32,000 bases of DNA, from contig NC_000909.1 of NCBI RefSeq assembly GCF_000091665.1, positions 443,581 to 475,580 on the forward strand, in the 5' to 3' direction. Position numbers and translations under genes: made by a program. A model generated the notes under the pieces. That model was given only the letters and a program-made list of their open reading frames with translations, ran no database searches and was not told the DNA's origin. Source of the stretch: Methanocaldococcus jannaschii DSM 2661. GTDB lineage: Archaea; AGJL01; Methanococci; Methanococcales; Methanocaldococcaceae. Shown piece by piece: positions 16,915-25,547 of the stretch (its first letter is position 1; every line of letters starts with the position of its first letter).

Positions 16915-17763
16915 ATCACACAATACAAGTCCAGCAATTGTCATTTGAAGCATGACTGAATGATGAGGAGCTAATAATGGTGTTAATCCATTAACAAATG
17001 CTAAAATCACTGTCATTACAACCATTACAGCCAATGTTAATACAGGGCTGTTTATTACTAAAGGACCAATAAATACAGCTATAAAGAGCCAGAGCAATAC
17101 AAAGTATGCTATTGCCTCTGCAATGTAGATTATAGCCCCTAATAAACCATAATGCTCTGTCATATATCCGCTAACAATATCTTTACCCTTAACTATCCCA
17201 AATGGACTGTTTGGAGCTTTTGAAACAAGCAATATAAAGAATGCGAATGCACAAATTGGCATTTTAAACAATAAACTGCCGTGTATTTCTTGATAACTCA
17301 ATATATCTGAAATTAAAACTGAATGTGTTGTTAAGTATATGGCAGCAACAACTGCAAATAATGGCACTTCTGCAGCTGCTGAAAAGACACTTCTAACCCC
17401 TCCTATCTTTCCATAAGGAGACCCAGATGACAAACCACAACCATGCTCCACTATTTTTTGCAATACATAGATTCCTATAATTATAAGGAGGGATGACTTG
17501 AAATCAATAGCTATAATTAATGCAGCTAACCAAATAGCAATATCCAATAAAGCTACAAATATATAGAGAGGATTTCCAGCAGTTATTGGGAAAGTTATTT
17601 CCTTTACATAGAATTTTAGTGTATGCAATAGATATTGGATTATTGGAGGTCCTGGTCTTCCTTGAATCCTTGCCATTATTTTTCTATGTAATCCAAGTAA
17701 CAGAGAACCAACAAGAAATGCATGGATTGTTAAGTTTATAGCTCCGATAAGTGAAGTATCCAT
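16885..17763 (-). CDS. ehaJ: Eha membrane subunit, NuoH/HycD-like
   Basis: About 292-aa polytopic membrane protein with an RPGPPIIQ-type loop typical of the NuoH/HycD family. ATG 17763 follows SD GGGTGA. Confidence 0.8.
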   Translation of the reverse strand: MDTSLIGAINLTIHAFLVGSLLLGLHRKIMARIQGRPGPPIIQYLLHTLKFYVKEITFPITAGNPLYIFVALLDIAIWLAALIIAIDFKSSLLIIIGIYVLQKIVEHGCGLSSGSPYGKIGGVRSVFSAAAEVPLFAVVAAIYLTTHSVLISDILSYQEIHGSLLFKMPICAFAFFILLVSKAPNSPFGIVKGKDIVSGYMTEHYGLLGAIIYIAEAIAYFVLLWLFIAVFIGPLVINSPVLTLAVMVVMTVILAFVNGLTPLLAPHHSVMLQMTIAGLVLCDVLYRLIVGG

Positions 17764-17953
17764 AAGCATCACCCAGATTTTATCAGTTGTAAATTTACAC
17801 TTCCGAGCGAAGCGAGGAGGTGTTAGTTTTTGATGAAATGGAGAGCTATGCTTTCCAGCTATGAAAACTCTAAGAGTTTTCGTTCAACTTTTTCTAAAAG
17901 TTTCGTTTATAGTCCCTATCAGTGAAGTATCCATATCCTCACCCAGATTTTTA
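17746..17953. repeat. palindromic modular element E5 (core 17784-17916: module B + AT-richer hairpins + truncated A end) with about 38-bp direct repeats
   Basis: Module B is AATTTACACTTCCGAGCGAAGCGAGGAGGTGTTAG (17792-17826). Hairpins are GAAAACTCTAAGAGTTTTC and AACTTTTTCTAAAAGTTT. DR GATAAGTGAAGTATCCATAAGCATCACCCAGATTTTAT (17746-17783) pairs with TATCAGTGAAGTATCCATATCCTCACCCAGATTTTTAT (17917-17953). Each DR carries the SD, ATG and first 6 codons of ehaJ. Confidence 0.85.
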
Positions 17954-17964
17954 TTTTAATATTT

Positions 17965-18165
17965 TCAATATCCTCTAAATGGCAATTTTCCAGCATCTTT
18001 TCTTCTTGTTTTTGGAATTATAAATGCTCCAATTCCATATAGGAGAGAAGGAACTGCAATAATATATAGGACATAGCAAATCAACCCATTAAGCATAACA
18101 ATCCCAATAACACACAACAAACCAATAATCAATGAATATAATCCATATTTTCTCTCTTCATCCAT
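17965..18165 (-). CDS. ehaI: Eha small integral membrane subunit
   Basis: MDEERKYGLYSLIIGLLCVIGIVML..., 2 TM helices. ATG 18165 follows SD GGTGA. Confidence 0.65.
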   Translation of the reverse strand: MDEERKYGLYSLIIGLLCVIGIVMLNGLICYVLYIIAVPSLLYGIGAFIIPKTRRKDAGKLPFRGY

Positions 18166-18184
18166 GTTTTTCACCTAAAGTATT

Positions 18185-18841
18185 TTAAATTGTCAATAGA
18201 ATCTCAACAGTCCTTACAATCAACAACAGTGAGGAGAGGTGTATCATCAATATGTATGGTGAGCCAGGAGCTCTAAACATCTCCGCCTTTGCAGCATAGA
18301 AGGGAGCTATCCCAGTTTCTCCAGCCATTCCAGCGGCAAATATAATTTTTTCAAATAATAGGGATGTTTGTATTTTTGGCAGTTCAAAGATTGATAATGT
18401 CCCTGTTTTAGCCAATATCATCCCTGCAGAACCAAATAATGGAAGGGTGGCAATCATCGCTATAAGTCCATACTGATAACTTGCATTTAACACCCATTCT
18501 CTTTTAACTGCTGAGACAATACCTATATTTGCAATCCCAACTAAAGTTAAGAATAAGGCATAATCAAACAAATCATAAGTTAGCATAGCTCCAGCAGTTG
18601 CTATTCCGCAGACAATAGCCATCATTCTCCTAATTTTTAACTCATTTAGTGTTACTACCTCTAATTTATCTTCAATTTTAAATTTTTGAGCTTCTAACTG
18701 CTTTTCTGGCTTTGTTAAATAAACTATGATGGTAAATATTACTGCAGTGATAAATCCAATAATTGAAAATTCTGAAAAGCCAAATACAATGTCTCCAAAT
18801 GGAACAATTCCAAATAGATAGCCAGTTATTGATTCAATCAT
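18185..18841 (-). CDS. ehaH: Eha integral membrane subunit
   Basis: 218-aa polytopic membrane protein. Named by operon position. Confidence 0.7.
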   Translation of the reverse strand: MIESITGYLFGIVPFGDIVFGFSEFSIIGFITAVIFTIIVYLTKPEKQLEAQKFKIEDKLEVVTLNELKIRRMMAIVCGIATAGAMLTYDLFDYALFLTLVGIANIGIVSAVKREWVLNASYQYGLIAMIATLPLFGSAGMILAKTGTLSIFELPKIQTSLLFEKIIFAAGMAGETGIAPFYAAKAEMFRAPGSPYILMIHLSSLLLIVRTVEILLTI

Positions 18842-18968
18842 TTTATCTCACCTAATTTTATTAAATAATGGACATTAATTAGGGCTGAAAGCCCTAACTT
18901 AATGGACGGGTGGTATAGCAATAGGAGGTCTCCTCCTATGCTTTGTCAATCATCTTACCTCACCTATA
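18835..18968. repeat. palindromic modular element E6 (core 18857-18946: module D + degenerate module A) with 22-bp direct repeats
   Basis: Module D is GGACATTAATTAGGGCTGAAAGCCCTAACTTAATGGACG, and module A is GTATAGCAATAGGAGGTCTCCTCCTATG (18913-18940). DR CAATCATTTTATCTCACCTAAT (18835-18856) pairs with CAATCATCTTACCTCACCTATA (18947-18968). The DR is the ehaG-stop / ehaH-start ATGA overlap with its SD. Confidence 0.85.
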
Positions 18969-19645
18969 TATCCAATAAGTCCAAGTTTTGAGCCAACCTT
19001 TATAACTAAACCTAAACCAGCCATCAATAGACACAGTAACCATTTATCTGGGAACACAAAGAAACCTATAAATCCAAATATCCACAAAGCCCATGCAATT
19101 CCAGATAATCCAGATATTCCCTCCCACATTGTTTTTAATTCCTCTGAAATCTCCACGCCAATAACTCTCTGAGATAGTGCATAAAACAGCAATCCAGTAG
19201 CTATAACCGCCCCTCCAGTAAATCCACTCAATATAGCTCCATAAACAATTAAAATTATTGCCAAAAATTTTGGTGAGGTTTTTAAAATTTCCATATGAAT
19301 ATCATACTTCAATTCTCCTGTATATAGTGGAAGTTTAAACTCTTCAAACAACTTGTAGCTTTTTGGCTTAGGTCTTTTTGATTTTAGATATTTTCTTGTT
19401 ATTAAAACCTCTGAAACTGCTAAAAGTTCAGCTAAACTAACAACTAAACCTGGCAAAATTAACGCTTCAGCTAAATCTGTTCCAACACCTGCTATAATTA
19501 TAAGCATGGCACACTCAACAACATCAGTCAATATTAAAGCATGTAAATCATTCTTTTGAAATCCAATAGCCAATAATGACAAAATTCCAATAGCAAATCC
19601 AACCAATATCGTTGGATGGTATATACTGTAGATGATGTTCTCCAT
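18950..19645 (-). CDS. ehaG: Eha integral membrane subunit
   Basis: About 231-aa polytopic membrane protein. ATG 19645 follows SD GGTGGGAG. Confidence 0.7.
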
Positions 19646-19654
19646 CTCTCCCAC

Positions 19655-20116
19655 CTAATCCTTGTTGAAGAATAACCAGCTAAATATTATGAACGATATT
19701 AGCAGTATAGAACTTTCAAGCACTGTATCCATTCCTCTTGTATAGTATAGGATTTCATCCAATATTCCTCCAGGTGTTGAGACTATTGTTGTCCCAAAGT
19801 AGTAGGTTTTATCTTTAATCCATTCAGCTATTGGAGTTAGATAGGCAGTTATCTTTCCAAGATTAGGTTCATATTGTGGATATTGAGCTTTTAACTCTGC
19901 AGGTTCTTTTAATGGAATCCCTCCTCTATCATAAGGTGCTAATGGTGTTTTTAGTGTTTGAGAGTGAGGAATTGGTTTTGGATAAAGTTGATTGGGATTT
20001 AAGTAATGAGGCATCAATAACCCAAATATAAAGACTAAAGCTAAGAATACAGAGAATATTCTTGGGACAATTTCTGGCTTTGATAAATAGTTCCATATTT
20101 TACCAAGTTTTTTCAT
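19655..20116 (-). CDS. ehaF: Eha membrane-anchored subunit
   Basis: [34 protein letters not shown]... with TM helices at the N and C termini. ATG 20116 follows SD GAGGTGGG. Confidence 0.7.
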
Positions 20117-20253
20117 TATTACCCACCTCAAATTTTTCCAAACAAATTAATCAAAATTAATTTACACCTCCGAGCGTAAGCGAGGAGGTGTTAGGGTGTA
20201 TCCCAATAGAGGGTTTCCCTCTATGGTTTCCAAGTTTTTTCATTATTTCCCCC
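20101..20253. repeat. palindromic modular element E7 (core 20128-20226: module B + module A) with about 26-bp direct repeats
   Basis: Module B is AATTTACACCTCCGAGCGTAAGCGAGGAGGTGTTAGGG (20159-20196) and module A is GTATCCCAATAGAGGGTTTCCCTCTATGG (20198-20226). DR TACCAAGTTTTTTCATTATTACCCACC (20101-20127) pairs with TTCCAAGTTTTTTCATTATTTCCCCC (20228-20253). Each DR carries the SD, ATG and first 5 codons of ehaF. Confidence 0.88.
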
Positions 20254-20254
20254 T

Positions 20255-20517
20255 TTATTGATTATTTTCTTTATATTCGGCATCTAATATCACTGCTCTA
20301 ATCAAAATTAAACTCAAAACTGCATTAACTGCAATAAATGTCATCAATGCAAGGGCTTCATCATAAGCTAAGAATATTAAAGAAACGCCTATTGTTGGTA
20401 CTTCAACATTTAACATCCTAATTAGGGGATTATCAACTTCGGCCCTATAACAGTTCCAAGAGTTCCAATAATTAATAGTGCATATCCAATATAGAGAATA
20501 TATTCAACGAGTTCCAT
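20255..20517 (-). CDS. ehaE: Eha small membrane subunit, reading frame interrupted by an apparent 1-nt deletion
   Basis: ATG 20517 gives MELVEYILYIGYALLIIGTLGTVIGPKLIIP* (stop 20424..20422). The next frame continues AEVDNPLIRMLNVEVPTIGVSLIFLAYDEALALMTFIAVNAVLSLILIRAVILDAEYKENNQ* (stop 20257..20255). Adding one G to the GGG run (plus-strand CCC 20443-20445) gives a single 87-aa TM protein of the size expected at this operon position. Confidence 0.6.
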
Positions 20518-20538
20518 AAATATTCACCATACTTTTTC

Positions 20539-20817
20539 TTATTTAGACAATATTGGCAAATTTCTACCATATCTTTTCTTTTTCTTTACTGTTGTTAGGT
20601 ATTTCAAATATCCAAGTAATAAAATTACTGTGCAGATTGGTTCGCAGAGTGATGAGACTATAGCAATATCCAGGTAATAACATGAAACAATTAAACCAAT
20701 CATCCCTATTTCTAACAAAGCAAGCATAATAATTTTGTTTATTGGATTTGTATGTAAGATAACTCCAATTCCTCCCAATATGCAACATATTCCAGATACT
20801 AATGGTAAAACCTCCAA
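20539..20817 (-). CDS. ehaD: Eha small integral membrane subunit
   Basis: 92 aa, 3 TM helices. The TTG start lies 4 nt after SD GGTGA. Confidence 0.65.
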   Translation of the reverse strand: MEVLPLVSGICCILGGIGVILHTNPINKIIMLALLEIGMIGLIVSCYYLDIAIVSSLCEPICTVILLLGYLKYLTTVKKKKRYGRNLPILSK

Positions 20818-20825
20818 ATTTTCAC

Positions 20826-21074
20826 CTATTCAATATGTTTTGTTTGCTCTATTGTATAGGCAATTGCATTGGATGAGATAGTTGAGCATATAAAGTATGT
20901 TATAGCCACTATACCTCCCATTGGTGAATCCACATATAGAGCAATTAATGCAGAGATACAGAAGCTTAAACAACAAAGGTAAAGCAATTTTCTTGCTCTA
21001 CTTCTTTCTAAGAATATCCTTGCTGTCATTAACAATGCTATAAATCCAATAATTATCTCTACAATATCCATCAT
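20826..21074 (-). CDS. ehaC: Eha small integral membrane subunit
   Basis: 82 aa, 3 TM helices. The start forms an ATGA overlap with the ehaB stop. Confidence 0.65.
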
Positions 21075-21565
21075 TCCCCTCTATTCATCTTTTTAGCTAT
21101 TTTTCCAAGTAATATAGAGGCATATCTGTGCTCAAATCCTTGAATTGTAAATATTGCCAAGACCATTCCCACAATGAAATATTTTGCTTCAATTATTGGA
21201 TTTAGGAGATAGATAATAGCAGTTATTGTTAAAGCTCCAATAGTTCCAGCATAACCTGGGTCTGCACATAGACGATTACCAATCCAAACCAATAAAGCCG
21301 CTATAAACCCTCCTTCAATTCCCATTAGGTAGTTCATTATTGAAGCCAATAATGTTCCTGCTGAGGCATCTGGAGAGCACACAATATTTCCCATAAAGTA
21401 GCCTCCATTTAAATTTCCACCGATATCTCTAATCTTCTCTCCTATTGTCTTAGCTCCTAAAACTCCTGGCTTTTCTGGAAGTCCAAAATAAGTATCGATA
21501 AGAACAAAGTTAAGCCAGCAGATAATCCCAGCAATAATTATTTTTACAATTTCAACAATCTCCAT
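21071..21565 (-). CDS. ehaB: Eha integral membrane subunit
   Basis: 164 aa, polytopic. The start forms a TAATG overlap with the ehaA stop. Confidence 0.7.
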
Positions 21566-21828
21566 TACGGCTCACCAAATAACTTATCAGCATATTTTGA
21601 TAATAGAGCTCCAAACAGCCCAGCAAAGAATGCCAAGCTTATATAATCCCCAAATAAATTCCTAAATATTGCCTCAATGCCTAAAGCTAAGATTGGTGTT
21701 GGAAATATAATAGATGTCTCAAAGCTAAACCTTATAGGCTTTTCTTTTGGGATTATTGGAAGTTTTAGGACTAAAGCAACAATTACTGATGTTATTAGAG
21801 CTATTAGATATAAAATAATAATATCCAT
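21565..21828 (-). CDS. ehaA: Eha small integral membrane subunit, first gene of the operon
   Basis: [21 protein letters not shown]... ATG 21828 follows SD GGTGAG. The ORF-track ATG 21861 is created by the CCATAG end of element E8 and is rejected as the start. Confidence 0.65.
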
Positions 21829-21833
21829 CACTC

Positions 21834-21960
21834 TCACCAGCAATGAATTATTATACACCATAGGGCTTCGCCCTATTGGGATACCCAGAGCGGGGCTTCA
21901 CTACGTTCAGCCCCACTTTCTTTTATTTCCCTGATTTACCAGCAATGAATTATAACACAA
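21834..21960. repeat. palindromic modular element E8 (core about 21859-21935: module A + a unique hairpin) with about 25-bp direct repeats
   Basis: Module A is CCATAGGGCTTCGCCCTATTGGGATAC (21858-21884), followed by hairpin GCGGGGCTTCACTACGTTCAGCCCCAC. DR TCACCAGCAATGAATTATTATACAC (21834-21858) pairs with TTACCAGCAATGAATTATAACACAA (21936-21960). Each DR carries the last codons (IHCW) plus the stop of the HTH gene. Confidence 0.85.
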
Positions 21961-22634
21961 TCTTTATTTATTGAATAAATTGGTGGAACTTCATCTTTTG
22001 GAAATACTTGGATGATAACCTTCTTCCCAGTTTTTTTCATGAATTTTTTTTCTAATCTCCTAATATCTGAGCAATCTAAGAATATCTCAACATATTTATT
22101 GTCAAGATGTTTTCCTATGACTTTTATTCTCCCTCTTGATAGTTCTATCCTCTCAATATCCATAACTTCTAACCTACTTCTCATCTCATTTAATAAGTTC
22201 TCCTTACTTATTATTAATACAGGGTAGTTTTCAATTAACCTAAGATACCCCTTATCACCTTTTTCAATAATTTCAGATACAAATTCTGCAAAAGTATCTT
22301 CAAACTTTAAAAGGGAGAGTGCATCTAAAAGTTCAATTATTGGATTTTCAACATTGTTTGAGGAGAAACATTTTAATAAACCAAGAGTTACAGCAGTTGC
22401 TATAAGTTTAGTTGCTGGTCTTTTTCCTTTCTCTAACATGCTGAGATGAGATTGACTAATTCCACTTTCTTTAGCTAATTTTGATTGGGTAATTTTTAAT
22501 TTTTCTCTAAAAGCCTGGATATATTGAGGATTTAATAGTATTGCCCTTTCAATAATCTCTAATTTTTTATACATGTTCTCACGAAATTGATATTTGATAT
22601 CTACCAAATAAATTAGGAAAACATATTCCGCCAT
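21936..22634 (-). CDS. XRE-type helix-turn-helix protein with an uncharacterised C-terminal domain
   Basis: The HTH is [28 protein letters not shown]. The start is uncertain: ATG 22634, or ATG 22574 ([11 protein letters not shown]...). Confidence 0.75.
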
Positions 22635-22766
22635 TTTTCATAATCAATCATTATATTATCGCCATGGAATAACATTATCCTCTGGGAAATATATAAAAGT
22701 TACCCACAAAAAATAAGACGAAAAGTTTATATATTAGATTGATTAAAAGTTCCCATAGGTGATAAA

Positions 22767-23363
22767 ATGGAAAATGTGCAAAGGTTAGACTGTCCAGTAT
22801 GTGGAGGTAAAGGCACTTTTGTAATAACCTCTCACCAAATAGATATCCCATACTTCGGCCCTGTGTTAGAAACAACGATGATTTGTGAAAAATGCAACTT
22901 TAGAAGAAGTGACGTGTTTCCATTAGAAGTAAGGGAGCCGAAGAAATATATATTAAAAATTGAAAGTGAGAGGGATTTAAATAAAAGAGTTGTTAGAAGT
23001 TCTTCAGCATATATACAAATTCCAGAACTTGGAGTTGAAATTAAGCCTGGTCCATTAGCTGAAGGGTTTGTTAGCAATGTTGAGGGGGTTTTAAACAGAG
23101 TTGATAACATTTTACAGACTTTAATTAGATGGGCTGAGACAGAGGAACAGAAAAAGAAAGCTGAAGAGCTTAGAGAAAGAATAAAGAAATTAAAAGAGGG
23201 TAAAGAAGAAGCAACTTTAATACTGATAGACCCATTAGGACATAGTGCCATTATTGGAGAAGGTGTTGAAGAAGAGATATTAAGTGAGGAAGAAGTTGAA
23301 AAACTAAAAGAAGGCATTGTAATTATGGACTTAGATAAAGATAAAGAGAAAGAAAAAGAATAA
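22767..23363 (+). CDS. ZPR1-type zinc-finger protein
   Basis: CPVCGGKG...IPYFG...CEKCNFR arrangement typical of the ZPR1 zinc-finger domain, with a charged C-terminal tail. SD GGTGA precedes the ATG. Confidence 0.75.
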   Translation: MENVQRLDCPVCGGKGTFVITSHQIDIPYFGPVLETTMICEKCNFRRSDVFPLEVREPKKYILKIESERDLNKRVVRSSSAYIQIPELGVEIKPGPLAEGFVSNVEGVLNRVDNILQTLIRWAETEEQKKKAEELRERIKKLKEGKEEATLILIDPLGHSAIIGEGVEEEILSEEEVEKLKEGIVIMDLDKDKEKEKE

Positions 23364-23583
23364 AAAATAATGGCTCAGTTCGGGTAAGTATCATCACAGT
23401 TCAGCTAACCCTCTTTTCATCATTGCCATATTTATATATATTTTCAAAATTAATGATTTTTATTAGGAGTTAATAGGGTTTATATGTGTATTATCATGTT
23501 GATAATCACTAATGAAAAAGGTTTTTATTTTATTGGCACTTAAATATTATATACTAAATTCAATAATAAGAAATGGTGAAAAC

Positions 23584-24024
23584 TTGTATAAAAAAATAGT
23601 CATCCCAACTGATGGTTCAGATGTTTCACTTGAAGCTGCAAAGCATGCAATCAATATAGCTAAGGAGTTTGATGCAGAAGTTTATGCAATATATGTTGTC
23701 GATGTCTCTCCATTTGTTGGACTTCCTGCAGAGGGAAGTTGGGAACTGATAAGTGAGCTTTTAAAAGAGGAGGGGCAGGAAGCATTAAAAAAAGTTAAAA
23801 AAATGGCTGAAGAGTGGGGAGTTAAGATTCATACAGAGATGTTAGAGGGTGTCCCAGCAAATGAGATTGTTGAATTTGCTGAAAAGAAAAAGGCAGATTT
23901 GATAGTTATGGGAACTACTGGAAAGACAGGATTGGAAAGAATATTATTGGGAAGTGTAGCTGAGAGAGTTATTAAAAATGCACACTGTCCAGTTTTAGTA
24001 GTTAAAAAACCAAAGAAAGAATAA
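23584..24024 (+). CDS. universal stress protein (UspA family)
   Basis: YKKIVIPTDGSDVSLEAAKHAI...DLIVMGTTGKTGLERILLGSVAERVIKNAHCPVLVVK. The TTG start at 23584 lies 4 nt after GGTGA. The ORF-track N-terminal extension from 23512 looks non-coding. Confidence 0.8.
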   Translation: MYKKIVIPTDGSDVSLEAAKHAINIAKEFDAEVYAIYVVDVSPFVGLPAEGSWELISELLKEEGQEALKKVKKMAEEWGVKIHTEMLEGVPANEIVEFAEKKKADLIVMGTTGKTGLERILLGSVAERVIKNAHCPVLVVKKPKKE

Positions 24025-24026
24025 AA

Positions 24027-25205
24027 TTATAATAAATCCTTAAAGTATTTTAAAAGTGATGGTTTTTTAGTTATTATTCTCTTGACAAATTTTTTCAAGT
24101 CAATGCCGTCTAAACTTTCTCCTAAAGCTTCTGCTAAAGCATCTAACTCATCATCACTCATTTTCTCTAAGATTTTTCTATACTTTAAATGGCTCATTAA
24201 ATATTCATAATGCTTTTCTTTCCATCTTCTTTCATATTCTTTTAGGGTTTCTTCACTCCAATCATTTAATTTTATAGCTTTACTTGCTACTTCTCCAGCT
24301 ATTAATCCACAATCCATAGCTAAATAAATTCCTCCACCAGTTAATGGGCTTATCTGCCCAGCAGCATCCCCCACAACTAAAAGACCATCAGTATAGGTTT
24401 TTTCTATAGGGCCAGAAACAGGAGCTCCTCCAACTTTGAATTCTATTGGTGTTGCATCCTTTAACCTATCTTTAGCTAAACCATTTTCTATGAACTCTTC
24501 TAAATATTCTATTGCCTTCTTCTTTTTATCTCTAACTCCCAAACCAACATTAGCTGTTTCTCCTTTGGGGAATATCCAAACATACCCTCCTGGAGCCACT
24601 TCATTACCAAAATAGAATTCCATCATATTTTTATCCAACAATTCAACATTTGTCATCTCATATTCAGCACAGGAGCAAATCTCCAATGGCTTTTTCTTTG
24701 CCTTTAAACCAGCATATTCAGCTATATTGCTCTCAACACCATCAGCAGCTATAACCACTTTAGTTTTTATAACATACTCCTCTCCTAAAAATTCAACTAT
24801 AACATTCCAATAATCTCCGTCCCTCTCTAAACCAATAGCTGTTGTTTTTACTGCTACTTTAGCTCCTGCTTTAGCTGCCCTTATAGCCAAATATTTATCA
24901 AAAATTTTTCTCTCAACTACATATCCTTGAGCCTTATCTTGAGTTACTGTAACTTTTTTTCCAGAAGGAGAAAATAAAATTCCTCCCTTAATAATGTTTC
25001 TAACAAACTCTGGTTCTGGTTTTAATCCAAATTCCTCTATTGATGGAATTGCCTCAGCACACCTAACTGGCTCACCAATCTCTTGAGATTTCTCAATTAA
25101 TAGTGTTTTAGCTCCATTCTTTGCTGATGCATAACTTGCCATACTTCCTCCGGGACCTGCTCCAACAACCACTACATCATATACATCATTTAACTCTCTC
25201 ATCAT
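24027..25205 (-). CDS. FAD-dependent geranylgeranyl reductase family protein (digeranylgeranylglycerophospholipid reductase-like)
   Basis: [31 protein letters not shown] dinucleotide fold and ...[16 protein letters not shown] motif. ATG 25205 overlaps the ferredoxin stop (ATGA). Confidence 0.85.
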   Translation of the reverse strand: MMRELNDVYDVVVVGAGPGGSMASYASAKNGAKTLLIEKSQEIGEPVRCAEAIPSIEEFGLKPEPEFVRNIIKGGILFSPSGKKVTVTQDKAQGYVVERKIFDKYLAIRAAKAGAKVAVKTTAIGLERDGDYWNVIVEFLGEEYVIKTKVVIAADGVESNIAEYAGLKAKKKPLEICSCAEYEMTNVELLDKNMMEFYFGNEVAPGGYVWIFPKGETANVGLGVRDKKKKAIEYLEEFIENGLAKDRLKDATPIEFKVGGAPVSGPIEKTYTDGLLVVGDAAGQISPLTGGGIYLAMDCGLIAGEVASKAIKLNDWSEETLKEYERRWKEKHYEYLMSHLKYRKILEKMSDDELDALAEALGESLDGIDLKKFVKRIITKKPSLLKYFKDLL

Positions 25206-25384
25206 TCCCCCTCTAATGCATTTAATGGACATACTATTGTGCATAACTTACAGTTATTACACTTTTTTTCATCAATAACTATAATATGTTCTATCAAATT
25301 GATAGCTAACTTTTCACAAACTCCAACGCACGCTCCACAATAACCACACTTTTTGTAGTCTATTTTTACCATAATTTCCCTCAA
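25202..25384 (-). CDS. small 2x[4Fe-4S]-type ferredoxin
   Basis: 60 aa with [12 protein letters not shown] and [12 protein letters not shown]. Confidence 0.8.
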   Translation of the reverse strand: MREIMVKIDYKKCGYCGACVGVCEKLAINLIEHIIVIDEKKCNNCKLCTIVCPLNALEGE

Positions 25385-25547
25385 TCTATGCTGTTAATCA
25401 AACTAAAACATTTATAAAGATTACTTAGTTGTTATTTTACTTAAATTAACATTGGACATTTATTATATATTACTATCGCCAGAATATTTAATGTTGTAAT
25501 CTTTAGAGTTTTGGGTTCTTATAATTAATATTTTTGTGGTGAAATAT

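Noticed and set aside
20564-20788. 74-aa alternate-frame ORF overlapping ehaD.
   Set aside because: It is on the same strand as ehaD in a different frame and has non-membrane, low-complexity translation. The ehaD frame gives clean TM helices and an SD.
21829-21861. ORF-track start of ehaA at ATG 21861 (MVYNNSLLVRV...).
   Set aside because: That ATG is formed by the CCATAG terminus of element E8, and the extension is the duplicated tail of the upstream gene read in another frame. ATG 21828 has a proper SD.
22675-22875. 66-aa minus-strand ORF in the HTH/ZPR1 divergent region.
   Set aside because: It overlaps the ZPR1 gene start and promoter region. It has no SD and its translation is implausible.
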